From NCBI GenBank assembly GCA_027604505.1, contig JADIIX010000005.1:62001-126000 (forward strand): DNA of 64,000 nucleotides, written 5' to 3'. The notes below the pieces were generated by a model. It was given only the letters and a program-made list of their open reading frames with translations. It did no database searches and was not told the origin of the DNA. Shown in pieces: positions 12,022-23,130 of this stretch. Each line of letters opens with the position of its first letter. The first letter of the stretch is position 1. A program made the translations under genes and the position numbers. The stretch is from Gonapodya sp. JEL0774 (lineage: Eukaryota).

Positions 12022-12829
12022 TTAGGCTTGTCTCCGCAAATATTGGGCGAATTCTGAGACAGTGCGGTCCGGTGAAGGACTCAAAGTAAATTGGATTGAG
12101 TGGAGGACAAAGCTCACCGAATGCCAAAAAGCCGTGAATCAAGAACGCTCCCATGTATATGAACGAGGGCTCGGTCTTTTCGTGTAAGGACCCGTGTTTG
12201 ACATTGCGACAAACGCACAGAACGAACGACAAACTCCTTAAACGCACTCGATTTCGTGTAAGTATAGACCACAGAAGAACGTAAGTGTGGTAAAAGAAAT
12301 GGCCAGTGGCGAGCTTCGTTGAGGGTGTGGTTGCATTGCATGGATATTTCTCAAATTCCGTGTATGCATCAGGCAAGAAAACGAGCACAGAATACTTACA
12401 GGCTTGTGACCCTTCAACTCTCCGCTTTTCCAAATCATAAGAGTCGGGATAGAACTTTACAGGAAGGTTGATGGTCAGGTCATCACCAAAACAGAACGGA
12501 GAGTGACGTTTCCACCTGAATCCCAACGCGGCACCAAGCATTAAAGATTCCGGCATTGGCAGGTTGAGGATACCCTTTTGAAGAACGGCGATGTTCACAG
12601 AATCGGCCGTGTTCTTAGAGGATTAACATGGCTTGGAATTGCCCATTCAGCGATTCCAAGTCACGGACTCACGTGTTCCATAACGCTGCTTCTTAATAAG
12701 TACACAATCCCTGCCTCTGCCACGCCATTGATCAAAAATAGATTCGAATCTGTTGACAGATTGTGGTTGAAGAGACCTGCTACATATATGACAATTTGAT
12801 CGATTCAACCCGCCTGAGAGAAGGCTCAT
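12022..12829 (-). CDS. Small multi-TM His-rich protein, tandem paralog 1
   Basis: MSLLS/DSNLFLINGVAEAGIVYLL...LMLGAALGF/SSIPTLMIWKSGELKGHKP/LATGHFFYHTYVLLWSILTRNR/TEPSFIYMGAFLIHGFLAF/EFAQYLRRQA*; first intron is GC-AG (12813-12750). Confidence 0.8.
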
Positions 12830-14766
12830 TGTGGAAACACGTTGAAGAGGGGAAATGGTAATTGTCTGAAACTCCTTCCTGGTTTCGTGGCCGGAAATTG
12901 ATTCTCGCGCTGAGTCATTGCGCGCACAACTCGATCACACAAGGGCTCTGAATGCGGCCACATACGTAGCACACCGAACGTCCGGCCCCGTAAACACTGC
13001 TGTAGCGGATTAATTTAAGTGGCGCGCGCAGCGCGACAAACTCATGTAAATTAGAGGATATTGTTCATGAAACATCTGCGAAGCCTCATTCCGCTCGCAG
13101 ATCCTCTTTTTATCACCGTCCTTCCTAGTCACGTCAGGTCTACTGTTCCCCATCAAAGTCTTCAAATCACTGAGCGCCACTCGTCATCTGTGAACGTCTT
13201 CAGTAAAACGTGATCATTTTGTACCACATTGTCTTCGTAGCTTCTTCATTTGTAGTTGAGTTCTTATTTTAGTGTGTCTGCACTAATTTCACAAATGGAG
13301 AGGATCCACAAGCCACTCGCTAAAGAGCTTTGTAAAGATCTGAAAGTCTGGCATCAATCTACAAGCGCTTGCGTATTTGCGACCTACAGCAACCCTGACC
13401 TGAGAACTAATGCAATCGCCTCGCAATAACATTCCAAGGAAGACATTGGAGACTGACAGCAGTAAGCCACTGGAAAGCGCCAAACGTGCCGTATATGGAG
13501 GTCTTTGGTGGCTGCAATGGGCTCAATTGTGGGATTTTTCCCGAATAGGCGGGTTCTTCTTTGCTCTACCCAATGTTGTTTCTTGAAAACGCTATATTTA
13601 GAGTTTTGATTATCAAATGAGAAGTGATTGCGCTCCTTTTCTTTGATGCTTCCATTGAACTTGCGTCTCAGATAGTATTTCATTGAAACATTCTGTCCGT
13701 TCCTTTCAGCCTCCTCGACAAGTCGGAGGCAAGGTAAATGTGGCAAGAACAGAGAAGCAAGAAGAGATATACGCTTGGAACGACGATGAATGATGTTTGC
13801 CGAAGGAAAATTGGTGCGGAGATGGAGCAGAATTGTTGGCCAAGAACCAACGTGACCCCACGAAGCCGACCCAAGCCTCTTGCACGAGCTTCCCTGGACT
13901 CATTTCGATACTTTGCGCCTGGGACATCCCACGGGAGTCGTCCCATAAGTCGAATCAATCCGGCACGACATCGGATAACAATGCGATCACTCGCAGCGAG
14001 GGGAGCGAGTGCGATGGACAATGGGGGCACGCGAAATCCAAGAACCGGGTCACTTTGCTGATTGATTGCCAAAAGAAGAGCTTGGGCTGAGCGTCATAGA
14101 ACTTATTATGTCCAGTTTTGTGAGTTTTCTTCTCACAGCGGACTTAAATGTGACCACAGCCACTTCTCAGAGCAGACTCATCCGTTCTTTGTCGGAAAGA
14201 CCTTTCGACAAGCGGTCACACAGGAACTCCCCATTTCAAAGCTCCATTGCACTCACTAAATACCGCCACACCTCCCTGCGCAAGCGTCCCACGACGTTCA
14301 TCTTTCCGTCACACCTCGCTCCCACACACACTCTCCCGCAACAATCTCACCCCACATCCTGTCCCCCGCGTCCCACCAGCGTTCTCTCTCCGCAGAAAAC
14401 ACACGATCTACAAGCGACGCGTGGGCGCTATGGTGTTTGTAGCGGAATGGAGTGAATAGAGACGTGGTTGTCGTAGTGGAGCGAGCAGACGGCGGAACGT
14501 CCAACACGGGCGCACTTCAAAAGAGGACCAATCAATTGTCACCGCATCATCTTCACAATAGTACGCATGTACAAAATTTTGGCTCTGCGCGACTGCCTCC
14601 CACCAATCGGTTGTGCATAACATATCCAGTGATGCATGCAGGTCACAGGTGGGCTGCCCTACGATTGCAAAAGTCCATCGATTTTTGGATATTTACACGG
14701 TTCTCCGGGTACCTTCGACATCGTAAACCTCCAACGACTCAGGTTCGTATTTCGAACGAAACAAAA

Positions 14767-17700
14767 TCACAGTTTACTCTTCCCTCCGATCAAATTCGAG
14801 CGCTGTAATGGCGTGAGCTCGACATACTCAACACTGCCTGGATAACAGAGTGGCATCACACGAAACGTAACTATTACGTGATACAATTACTCGACTCACC
14901 ATCCGGCATCCAAAAGTCCGCGATTGCGACGCTCATCACCCGACGATTTTCTGCTGAGGGTTGTTGTGAACTCGTCATCGGTGAGATTCGAAAAGTCTTT
15001 CGAGGTTCTGGCTTTCTGGGGAAATCATATGTTGGCATGTAGATGAGAATAAGAATATCCTTCACACCGACTTTTCCATCGTTACCTGTTTTGAAATGCT
15101 CGAGCAACTTCCGCTTCTGAGGTGACGTGCACAAACACAGGTACGGCGTCTACATATTTGAGATGCTGTGAGATGGGAAAATAACCACAGGAACCAAAGA
15201 AAGGTTTACATTGAGACAGAATGCTGTTTGCATAGCGACCCAGATCTGCCATGATCTGACTGATCGGTCTTGACCAGTGCGCATCTTGAATTACGATTGA
15301 AGCCACTTAAACGAGAGAAATTGAGTCGCACCGTCAAATACATAACCTAGAACGGAACATACTTCCAACTTGTCCAGACTGATTGGGTATGCTCACACCT
15401 AGAAAACGACATAAAGAATAAACCGATCTGTGCTTCTTGTAAACCACGCTACATAACCTCCATGTTTCACCTGCTACGTGGACTTCCTGCAGGCCTTCAA
15501 ATGTCAGCAATAAGCTTTCTACCTCGGTGCAAGATACTGGGTGCGACTGGAGATAAGGCACGAGAATATCAGCCGGAGCTTATCGGTATTTACCCGGGAG
15601 TCCGCTCTCACTTTCCGTCGAAATCCGCCACCGATCTGGTGAACATAGTTACTATCGGAGATCTTTCAAGCAGCTGCTGCTTCTATTGAGCATGTATGCA
15701 CGGTGTACTCACTGGAAATACTCCGAATCTCGTACAATCATGCTCTTCAAATGGTTCAAGTTGAGTCACACTCTGCCAAGTCAGTTTGGAAAGCTGCGAC
15801 TCACATGTGTGCGCAGCCACCAATCACCCTTTCTGCTCGTTTATTTGAAGAGGTACTTTTGAAGTCGATTCATTCAGGGAGTAATGATGATGAATCCCTT
15901 CTCACCGGAACACATCTCGCAGTTGGAACACATCCGATGGCTTCAGACCCATTTCTTCGTCTGCACCCGCACGTTTCACATCCATGTTCTTTCCGTGGGG
16001 AACGACGTTCAATTGTGGACGTCCCTTGAGACGATAACTGTAATCCGATCGCCACCGCACTAATTCGCAACGCTGCATATTATACCTGCACAACGCACTC
16101 TCCAATTTCCTCTGGCGCAGCCTCCACACAAATTCCTGTCTTCAAATCTCGGATTGGCTCGCCTGTCGCTTCATCGATTTTGATGATTCGCGGACCTTCC
16201 GACCAACCCGCGTTGGTCATCCGCAAAGTCGCTCACGAGCCAATATTAGCACAAACGCGCAAGTCTCACCTCCGGTATACCATCTTAGCAGAGGCCTCCG
16301 CTGTCCCATTGACCCAGTACCCTCGAGGGCTGTCGCGACGTTAAGGGAGAAGGCGCGGGGATCCCAAGCAGGGAGCTTTTGTTTTGAGAGAAGAGAGGTG
16401 GCTCGCAGTGTGTGGAGACCAGAGTAACAGGGAATCGCTATGCTCACATGGTGCTCAACGATCATTTCAAGCCCATACCGGTCTGCGAACGCTGTGCTTT
16501 TATAAGCGGTTACTTCCTGACAAAGTCCACCTTCAACAACCGAGTCTTCACACCTTTCACCTCCATCTTATCCATCCCACCTCCTGCAGCTTTGCGTACC
16601 GTGTGAGCTTTGTCCTCCTCACTTGGCTCTTGTGCCGTGAGAAGCTTGCACACCTCACGGGAGTAGAACATTACGGACACCTGGTGGTCGGCACAGTCCC
16701 TCCAAAATGTTGTGGCTTGAAAGTTGGCGTGAAGGATGAAGGTCGCACCCCGTAAGATAGCGAGCTGAGAGAGTGGCGCGTGAGAGTGTTGGGGGAAGCA
16801 CCAGCGGATAGTTTGCAACGTACTAGGAAGGAGAGGATACACGTTGTATGGTGCAGAGGTAGCGGAGATATAACTGAGTCCGATTGAAGGGGGACAGGAT
16901 ATCTTTGTGGGGTTGGGGTCCCGCCTTAGTGGATGCTGACCCCTGGAACAAGCCGATATCAAATGCCGCAGGCCGAGCTGACACTCACCCCGTATCTTGG
17001 GGGGATGCGGTCAGCGATATGATAAGCGCGTGATCACGTACAATACGCCGAGATGTGCTAAGCGGTAACTCAGGGCTTATATGGGGAACATAAGGAACTG
17101 GCCGGCTGTACGTACCCATTGCCCTAGTGAGGGAGTAAGATGGATGAGAGTTGCGTTCAGATCAAAAATGATACATCACAACATGGCTACCAACAGTACC
17201 AACACTTACATTGCTCACCCCCGTCACGACAGCTACATCCTTCAGGTTGGTTCTCCTCGCAATCGTGTTCACAACGTCATTTCTTCCTCCCTCTTTCCCC
17301 GTTGCCTCCAGCCTCTTCTCGCTGATTACACCATCGACCACAAATGCTGGTTGTTCCTCCTTCGCTCCAGGTGTGTCATCCATTTGACACCAGAACAAAA
17401 GTTTCATGGCAAAACCAGCGCCGCGGAGTTCGGGGAGGACAGAGCGAATTGGTGTGAGGTGTGGTGAATCAAAGACGAGGACAGTGGGCGAGCTGGTTTG
17501 GAGGCTGTGAAGAACTAGAGTGCGAGTGGTTGGTGAGCAAGATAGGGTAGTTCACGAACCCCAAGATATCCAACTCGAGCATGCCCTACAAATAAATTCT
17601 TTGAACCCCTTTTCGGCACTCACGTGCTTGTCCTTTCAAACTTGCGTCTTGCGGCATCTGCGGGCAAGGGAACGGTCCGAGGGACATCAACGTGCAACCA

Positions 17701-18324
17701 CTATAACCAACATCTCGAGTGGACCCATTTCCGCCCAAGAGTTCAGCTGCCGCTCAGCTCGTCGCACGGACTCACCACCACGCACCCGGCCTTTAGTACT
17801 CCGAGAACACACAGAAGGGCAGGGAAGCCCGACTCCATGAAAACAGCAACGCCGGTGCCAGTCTCCACTTTGACAACATCAATGAGGTAGTTTGCTAGAC
17901 GGGTTGATAGGATCTCGGTTTCTGCGGCGACCGTGGAGCAACGGGCAGTATGAACGTGACGGACTGTCTATGGAACCCCACCAACGCACTCGCTCACCAC
18001 CGTAGCTCCACTCTCTACGAAATCCACTTTCCCGTATTGCGCATTTATCTGGCATCTGCTTGGCCACCTCATGGAAGTCCGCCAGGCAATGCGCCTTTCG
18101 AGCCCTTTGTCTCGCATGAAGGAAGACTGACGCGCGCCGATGCCGTCTAGTACCGAGATAAATCAGCAAGGTTGAGTACGGAGATCGCTAGAACGACAGT
18201 TGAGTTTTGCGTACCGTATCGTTGCCAAATCGGACGACCAGCCCCATGTTGCATCAGCCCATACAGCCGCGGCGATTGCGCCGATGATGGCGTGAGAGGG
18301 GGAGAGAGATGGAAGAAGAGACAT
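14767..18324 (-). CDS. Divergent FATP/Fat1 (very-long-chain acyl-CoA synthetase family) homolog with degenerate catalytic motifs and C-terminal SKL
   Basis: Many short exons in FATP order: WADATWGWSSDL; WSYGETEILSTRLANYL; VAVFMES; LGVLKAG; LLHSLQTSSPTVLVFD; GATFILHANFQATTFWRDC; IIKIDEATGEPIRDLKTGIC; LRDVFRKGDWW; VSCTEVE; GVSIPNQSGQVG; AVPVFV; YVELTPLQRSNLIGGKSKL*. Confidence 0.85.
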
Positions 18325-18572
18325 CGGGAGAGGCTACTGCTATTCAATCGGGATTGGGGGTATTGAATTTAATTTTGAGATGCACGAGGGACCGGGGGAC
18401 ATAACAGGGCGGTGGCGGACCCTCTAAGGGTATGTATGTACCTTCAAGGCAACGATGAGATTGTGTATCCTCCAAAACTAATTAATTCTAATTGAATTGA
18501 CTTCTCCTCGTCCCTTCGCCCGTTGAAATAGTTTGACTTTGATCTCCGGTTGCTTTCATTCGCATCCCCGCT

Positions 18573-19995
18573 TCAACCTCGCCCCACATAACTCGGCATG
18601 GCTGTTGCCATAATTTGCATCCCCAGCACATTCACCTCAAGCGGCAGCTCCGCCATATACCTTACGGCGCGTCCCGTTTCTGCGACATCAAACGAGGGTT
18701 CCGGTCGGCGCGAAAGGTCCGCTTGCAGGGCTCCTGTCGTGCCAAGGGAGGATAGCAAGGGTGAGGCGGCGTTGCCGATGTCGATTTGTGAACAGGCGAC
18801 TGTCAGTGTTTAAGACGATGATATGGAGTGGAACCGAGTGGTTGTGAGACCACTGATAAAAAGGACAGGTAGCGCAGACTGAACAACGACGCACTGTTGT
18901 ATTTCCTTCCATCCAACGCCGTGCTCTTGGTCAGTCCGCTGACTGCGTGCTTCGAGGCTGTGTATGGGGCGGAGTTTGGCCGCGGCACGAACGCGGACAC
19001 GGAGCCGTTATTGATTATACGGCCTGGTGAGGGGCGAGAACGGGAAAGAGTGTTGACAAGGTCTCAACTTGACGCTCGTAAATGTCAGTCCACTTCCTCG
19101 CTCTGTTCACAGTTCCGGTTCTGTGTCTCTCTGTTCACTGTCCTACAAATAGATCATCTCTTCCTGCCGCATCTTTCGTGACTTCCTTCATGCAACTACT
19201 TGAAATAACCACTTACCTCCACCTTGGGCCTTCATTATTTTAAAGGCCTCTTGAGTACACAGCAACGTCCCCGTTACGTTTGTATCAATGACGCGCTTCC
19301 ATGCCACCAGTGGAATATCTTCAAGGAGTACCGACATGTCATTTGAGATTCCTGCGTTCAAAAGTGAAGTGGGGTCAGTCGCGGAATACTGAATATTAGG
19401 TGGATCCGAAAAATAAATGATCCCTCAAACATGAAACACGACTGTCTTCTGTCACCAAGACAAGAGGTGTCATTATCCCGTCCATTGAGTGAAGCAGCAC
19501 GAAAGGCGGACGCGACGTAGAAAGGGCCAAAACTGAGGTGGTAGGCCGAATTCATTCCTGATTCCCTTACACAGACCAACAGGGCAGGGTGTCGCCATTC
19601 GTGCCGCAACCTACCAGCATTGTTAAACAATACGTCCACCCTACCCCACTTCTCCATGACTTTCGAGAACACTTCCTTGACTGAAGATTCGTCCGCGACG
19701 TCACCCGTCACACAGAGGGTTCGCTCCCCCTTGGGGTCATTCGTCGCCGCTGTTTGAGACAGTTGTTCAGAGCGACGGCCAACCAAAGCTACGTGCCAAG
19801 GTGGGAGAGATGGGGAGGAGATCAAGGCAGCGACAGTCGCGGCACCGATCCCTAGATGGTGATTGAAAACGAAAAGAGGAAAGTGTAAACACTTTCCGCC
19901 CGAAACGTGAGTGGTGGCCCCACGATGTAAATACCGGATCCGGCGCCGGTAATGACTGCGACTCTGAATGTTGGTGTTGTGGTTTGGTTGGTCAT
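18573..19995 (-). CDS. Short-chain dehydrogenase/reductase (classical SDR)
   Basis: [41 protein letters not shown] (YxxxK), QIDIGNA, C-terminus [12 protein letters not shown]. Confidence 0.93.
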
Positions 19996-20420
19996 GGTGA
20001 CAGCTCCAGAGAGATCCCGAAAGCGATTGCCGGCAGCACGCAAATTCAGATTGAAATCAGGCGAATGAATTTTGGAGCGGTTATTAACGATAACAAGGTT
20101 GTGTGCACGGAAGCTTTTCACAGGTTCGGAAGCTGAGTTGTGGTCACTCCACCTCGACAGCACAATGCCGGTCAATTCAGCTTCCATAATTATTACTCTC
20201 TCTTCTCAAACAGCTAATGGGCCGCTTTCCACAAGCTCGCAATGCAAATACTCTATACATAAGCGACCGACCGTGGCTTTTCTTCTCAAACGCTGAAGGC
20301 AAAAGGTAACTCCTCTTGGATAAAGAATAAAGTGCAGATGAAAAAAATGCTTGCGGGTACGTGTTCGATGAGAGTAACCAGTTCACAACAATAAACCAAA
20401 TAGTAAAACCGCTCTTTTTT

Positions 20421-22790
20421 TCAATAAGTGGCCTCCGAAGACGCAAGCACCGGATGCATAGCGGGTGCCCCTGTTCTCTTCTTCACGGTCAACCGCGACA
20501 AATCCCCGGTACCCAGAGCTACCCGCGGACTTTTGTCATTGTCGCCGGGCCAATCGAATTTGGTCCTTCTACCGGACTCTGCTGCGACACCTTCATGAGT
20601 CTCTCGATCGCGCATTGTTGGAGCTGGTGGAGCGCTCCCAATCGCGCGAGGAGACGGTGGAAGAGGAGACCTTGGATCAGATCTCGCACTATATTGAGCA
20701 GCAGCACTTGCTGGCTGCTCAAACTGCCTGCGTTCTCGTCCCCAACGTAATGCCGCATCTCTGGTCGAAAACACGTGCGTCTCGTCCGACTCCACCTCCC
20801 ATTCACTCGAGTGATCAGAAAACTCGTCCGGAGAGTCCCTTGGCGGAAGAAGAGGGCTTGTGTGTCCACGATCTAGTATGGATGTAGTGGTGCCACGTGT
20901 GGGCGAAGGGATTGCCACCTTAAACTTTTGCCCTAGTTGAATGGTCAGTGGATTTTCAGCCACCAAAGTCTGATGTCACACGTAATAGGAGGTTCAATGT
21001 CAAAAGGCCAACCACACTTCGGCCACCGATGCCCACGTACCTCGACGACTGGCTTTCCCACATGCAGCCCATTCGCACTCGGAGGGCGAGTTGGGGAATT
21101 GCCTTCAATCACCACCACATCCGCCCCTGACGTTCGCACCGTATTAGTTCCAAGATCCACAACGTGCACTGTCGAAGTCGGCGTTCCATCGGTCATCGAA
21201 ATCTCCAAGCTGTTGCGTACAACAAAGTTTACTTCGTACACGGGTACGTTATCCTCGAGCGTTCGGTGAGGTACGATGTTTTTCTCGAAGAGTGGCCGTG
21301 GCGTTGGCGTCTCCTTCTCTCCCCGATGAACACTACGGGCGTGCCCTTCCAAGGAGTCCAGTATCGAACATTTCGTCGAGGAGCTTGAATCACTGGAAGA
21401 TGACGACGGAACGGCAATGACGACTCTTCGCGGGGACCTTTGATAGTGTGGCCGGAAAGGCACTCCATGGTTGCGTTTGAGAATTGGGCGGGGTTGCAAT
21501 TGCTGGGCTGAGGGTGGGGGTTCCTGATTGGGGGAGTGGGACGGCATAGGTGTTGAACTCGTCGCTTGCGCCAGCTCCCATAAATTTGGTGCAGAAGTGG
21601 AGCGGGATTTACTGTCGGAGAAGCTCGAGGATGATGTGAGTGCTGTTGGGACCAGTGGAGGGTACGTAAGAGAGTCGCGAAAAATGTCGGCAGAGTAGGA
21701 CCGTGAATGGGTCGGGCGAGAGTAAAATGTGGGTGAGAGGTGCTGTGCTTGCGTGTGAGGGAGAGGGTACGTTTGGTCCAGTGCTCCAGTACTCGAGCTG
21801 CGTTCGTGAAACTGGAAAACAGACATGATTCCATCCAACGTTTCAGGCCGCCTGGGACTCCGTGTATTTGAACAAAAGGGGGCAGGTGGTGTGGGTTTGA
21901 CTGGTTCGAGCGTGGCTGGAACTGCCGGCTCCTCCATTCGAATTGCAGTATCGCCGAAGAGCAACGTGGGTGCTGAATCATAAACCTTCACCTTACTCGC
22001 AGGTGTAAGAGAAACACTGTGTTCGGAATGGTCCAGGTACGGCTCCCGCTCTGCTTCCGGATATGTGTCACCTGAAGAGCTGCGGGAGGAAGCCAATGAC
22101 TGTAGCAGCTGTTCGACGTCGAATGACGAGGACGTTTCACCACTCGCTGTCAATGAACTATCGATCGACTGTATTGGTGCCAAGTGCGCATTAGATCCAA
22201 AGGAAGGTCGGTGCTGAACGTCGGTGGGGAACACAATGAGGGATGTGGGCGGAGTCTCCGGAGCGCGCTCTCTCCGAAGCGTTTCTTCACGGTAGTTGGC
22301 GAGCCTCGCCTCCAAATCCTGGATAACGTGGTCGGGGTAAGAGCGATGAGGATCTCGGGCGATGACAAGCGCGTTGGTGAGCACGATAATGCTGGTAAGG
22401 GACACAGGGTTGGTTCTAAGTAAAACCACCGAAGCCAGATTACAACATAGCCTACTCTTCGTTCAGCGCATCGTCAGATAGTAGGTGTAGTGGCGCTTTT
22501 GCTAGGTTGGAAGCAATTGTCGATTCAAACGAGCGGGGGCGCATGTGACCAGGGAGAAGGCTTCGTGGAGGAGGAATCGACTCGACCCGCAGCTCAGGAG
22601 TGACCAGTGGTGGCCGATACTCGTTTCCATGGGACGGTCCCTGTTGTTTATGCGAAAATGCTTCCTGGTCCCTCGTCCTGTTGCCAGCTCCTCCAGCCTG
22701 CGATCCCGTACCTTGTGACGACGTGGCACGCTCGCGAGGGAGATTCAAGGTGTCGACTGGACTTGCCAGATGCCGGCGAGGCGCTTGCAT
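20421..22790 (-). CDS. Hypothetical Ser/Pro-rich protein with a short beta-rich segment near the C-terminus
   Basis: 494-aa ORF flanked by splicable ORFs (22452-22886 and 20421-20966); no family recognised; ends approximate. Confidence 0.6.
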
Positions 22791-23130
22791 GCTTTTGCCC
22801 GCGAAATTCCGCCTTTCTGGCGAGGGATGGTTGCGGGTGTGCAAGCTGCGGACAGGGATCACTCCGGAAAACATTCTGCCCCACAAAACGCTCTGGTGAA
22901 CACGTACAGCGCCTGAAGTTTAAACGAAACAAGACGAATACACAACCAAAATGATTACTCATTAAGGCTCGCAGTAGCCCTCTGTAGGAGTTGACCTTTG
23001 TGTAAGAAGTGATCCCTGTTCTCCGTATGTATTTCTTCTCTGGGGTGGCCGTCTCAGTCTAATTTAAGTGGTGTTGTTACAAAATTGTATCTCAGTCCTT
23101 CCGATCCTCTCCCGAACTCCCTCTCTCATC

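Noticed and set aside
11900..12600. Tyrosine-recombinase (Crypton-like) relic suggested by LMLGAALGFRW and a downstream SLRR
   Set aside because: The 199-aa ORF is a read-through of introns; proper splicing gives a small membrane protein with an adjacent paralog sharing motifs and intron positions.
13300..16200. Degenerate Plavaka/CACTA-like transposase (TTDWWE, GKH fragments)
   Set aside because: Everything from 14767 upward is explained by the FATP-like gene; the remaining motif matches are short, in different frames, and have no terminal repeats.
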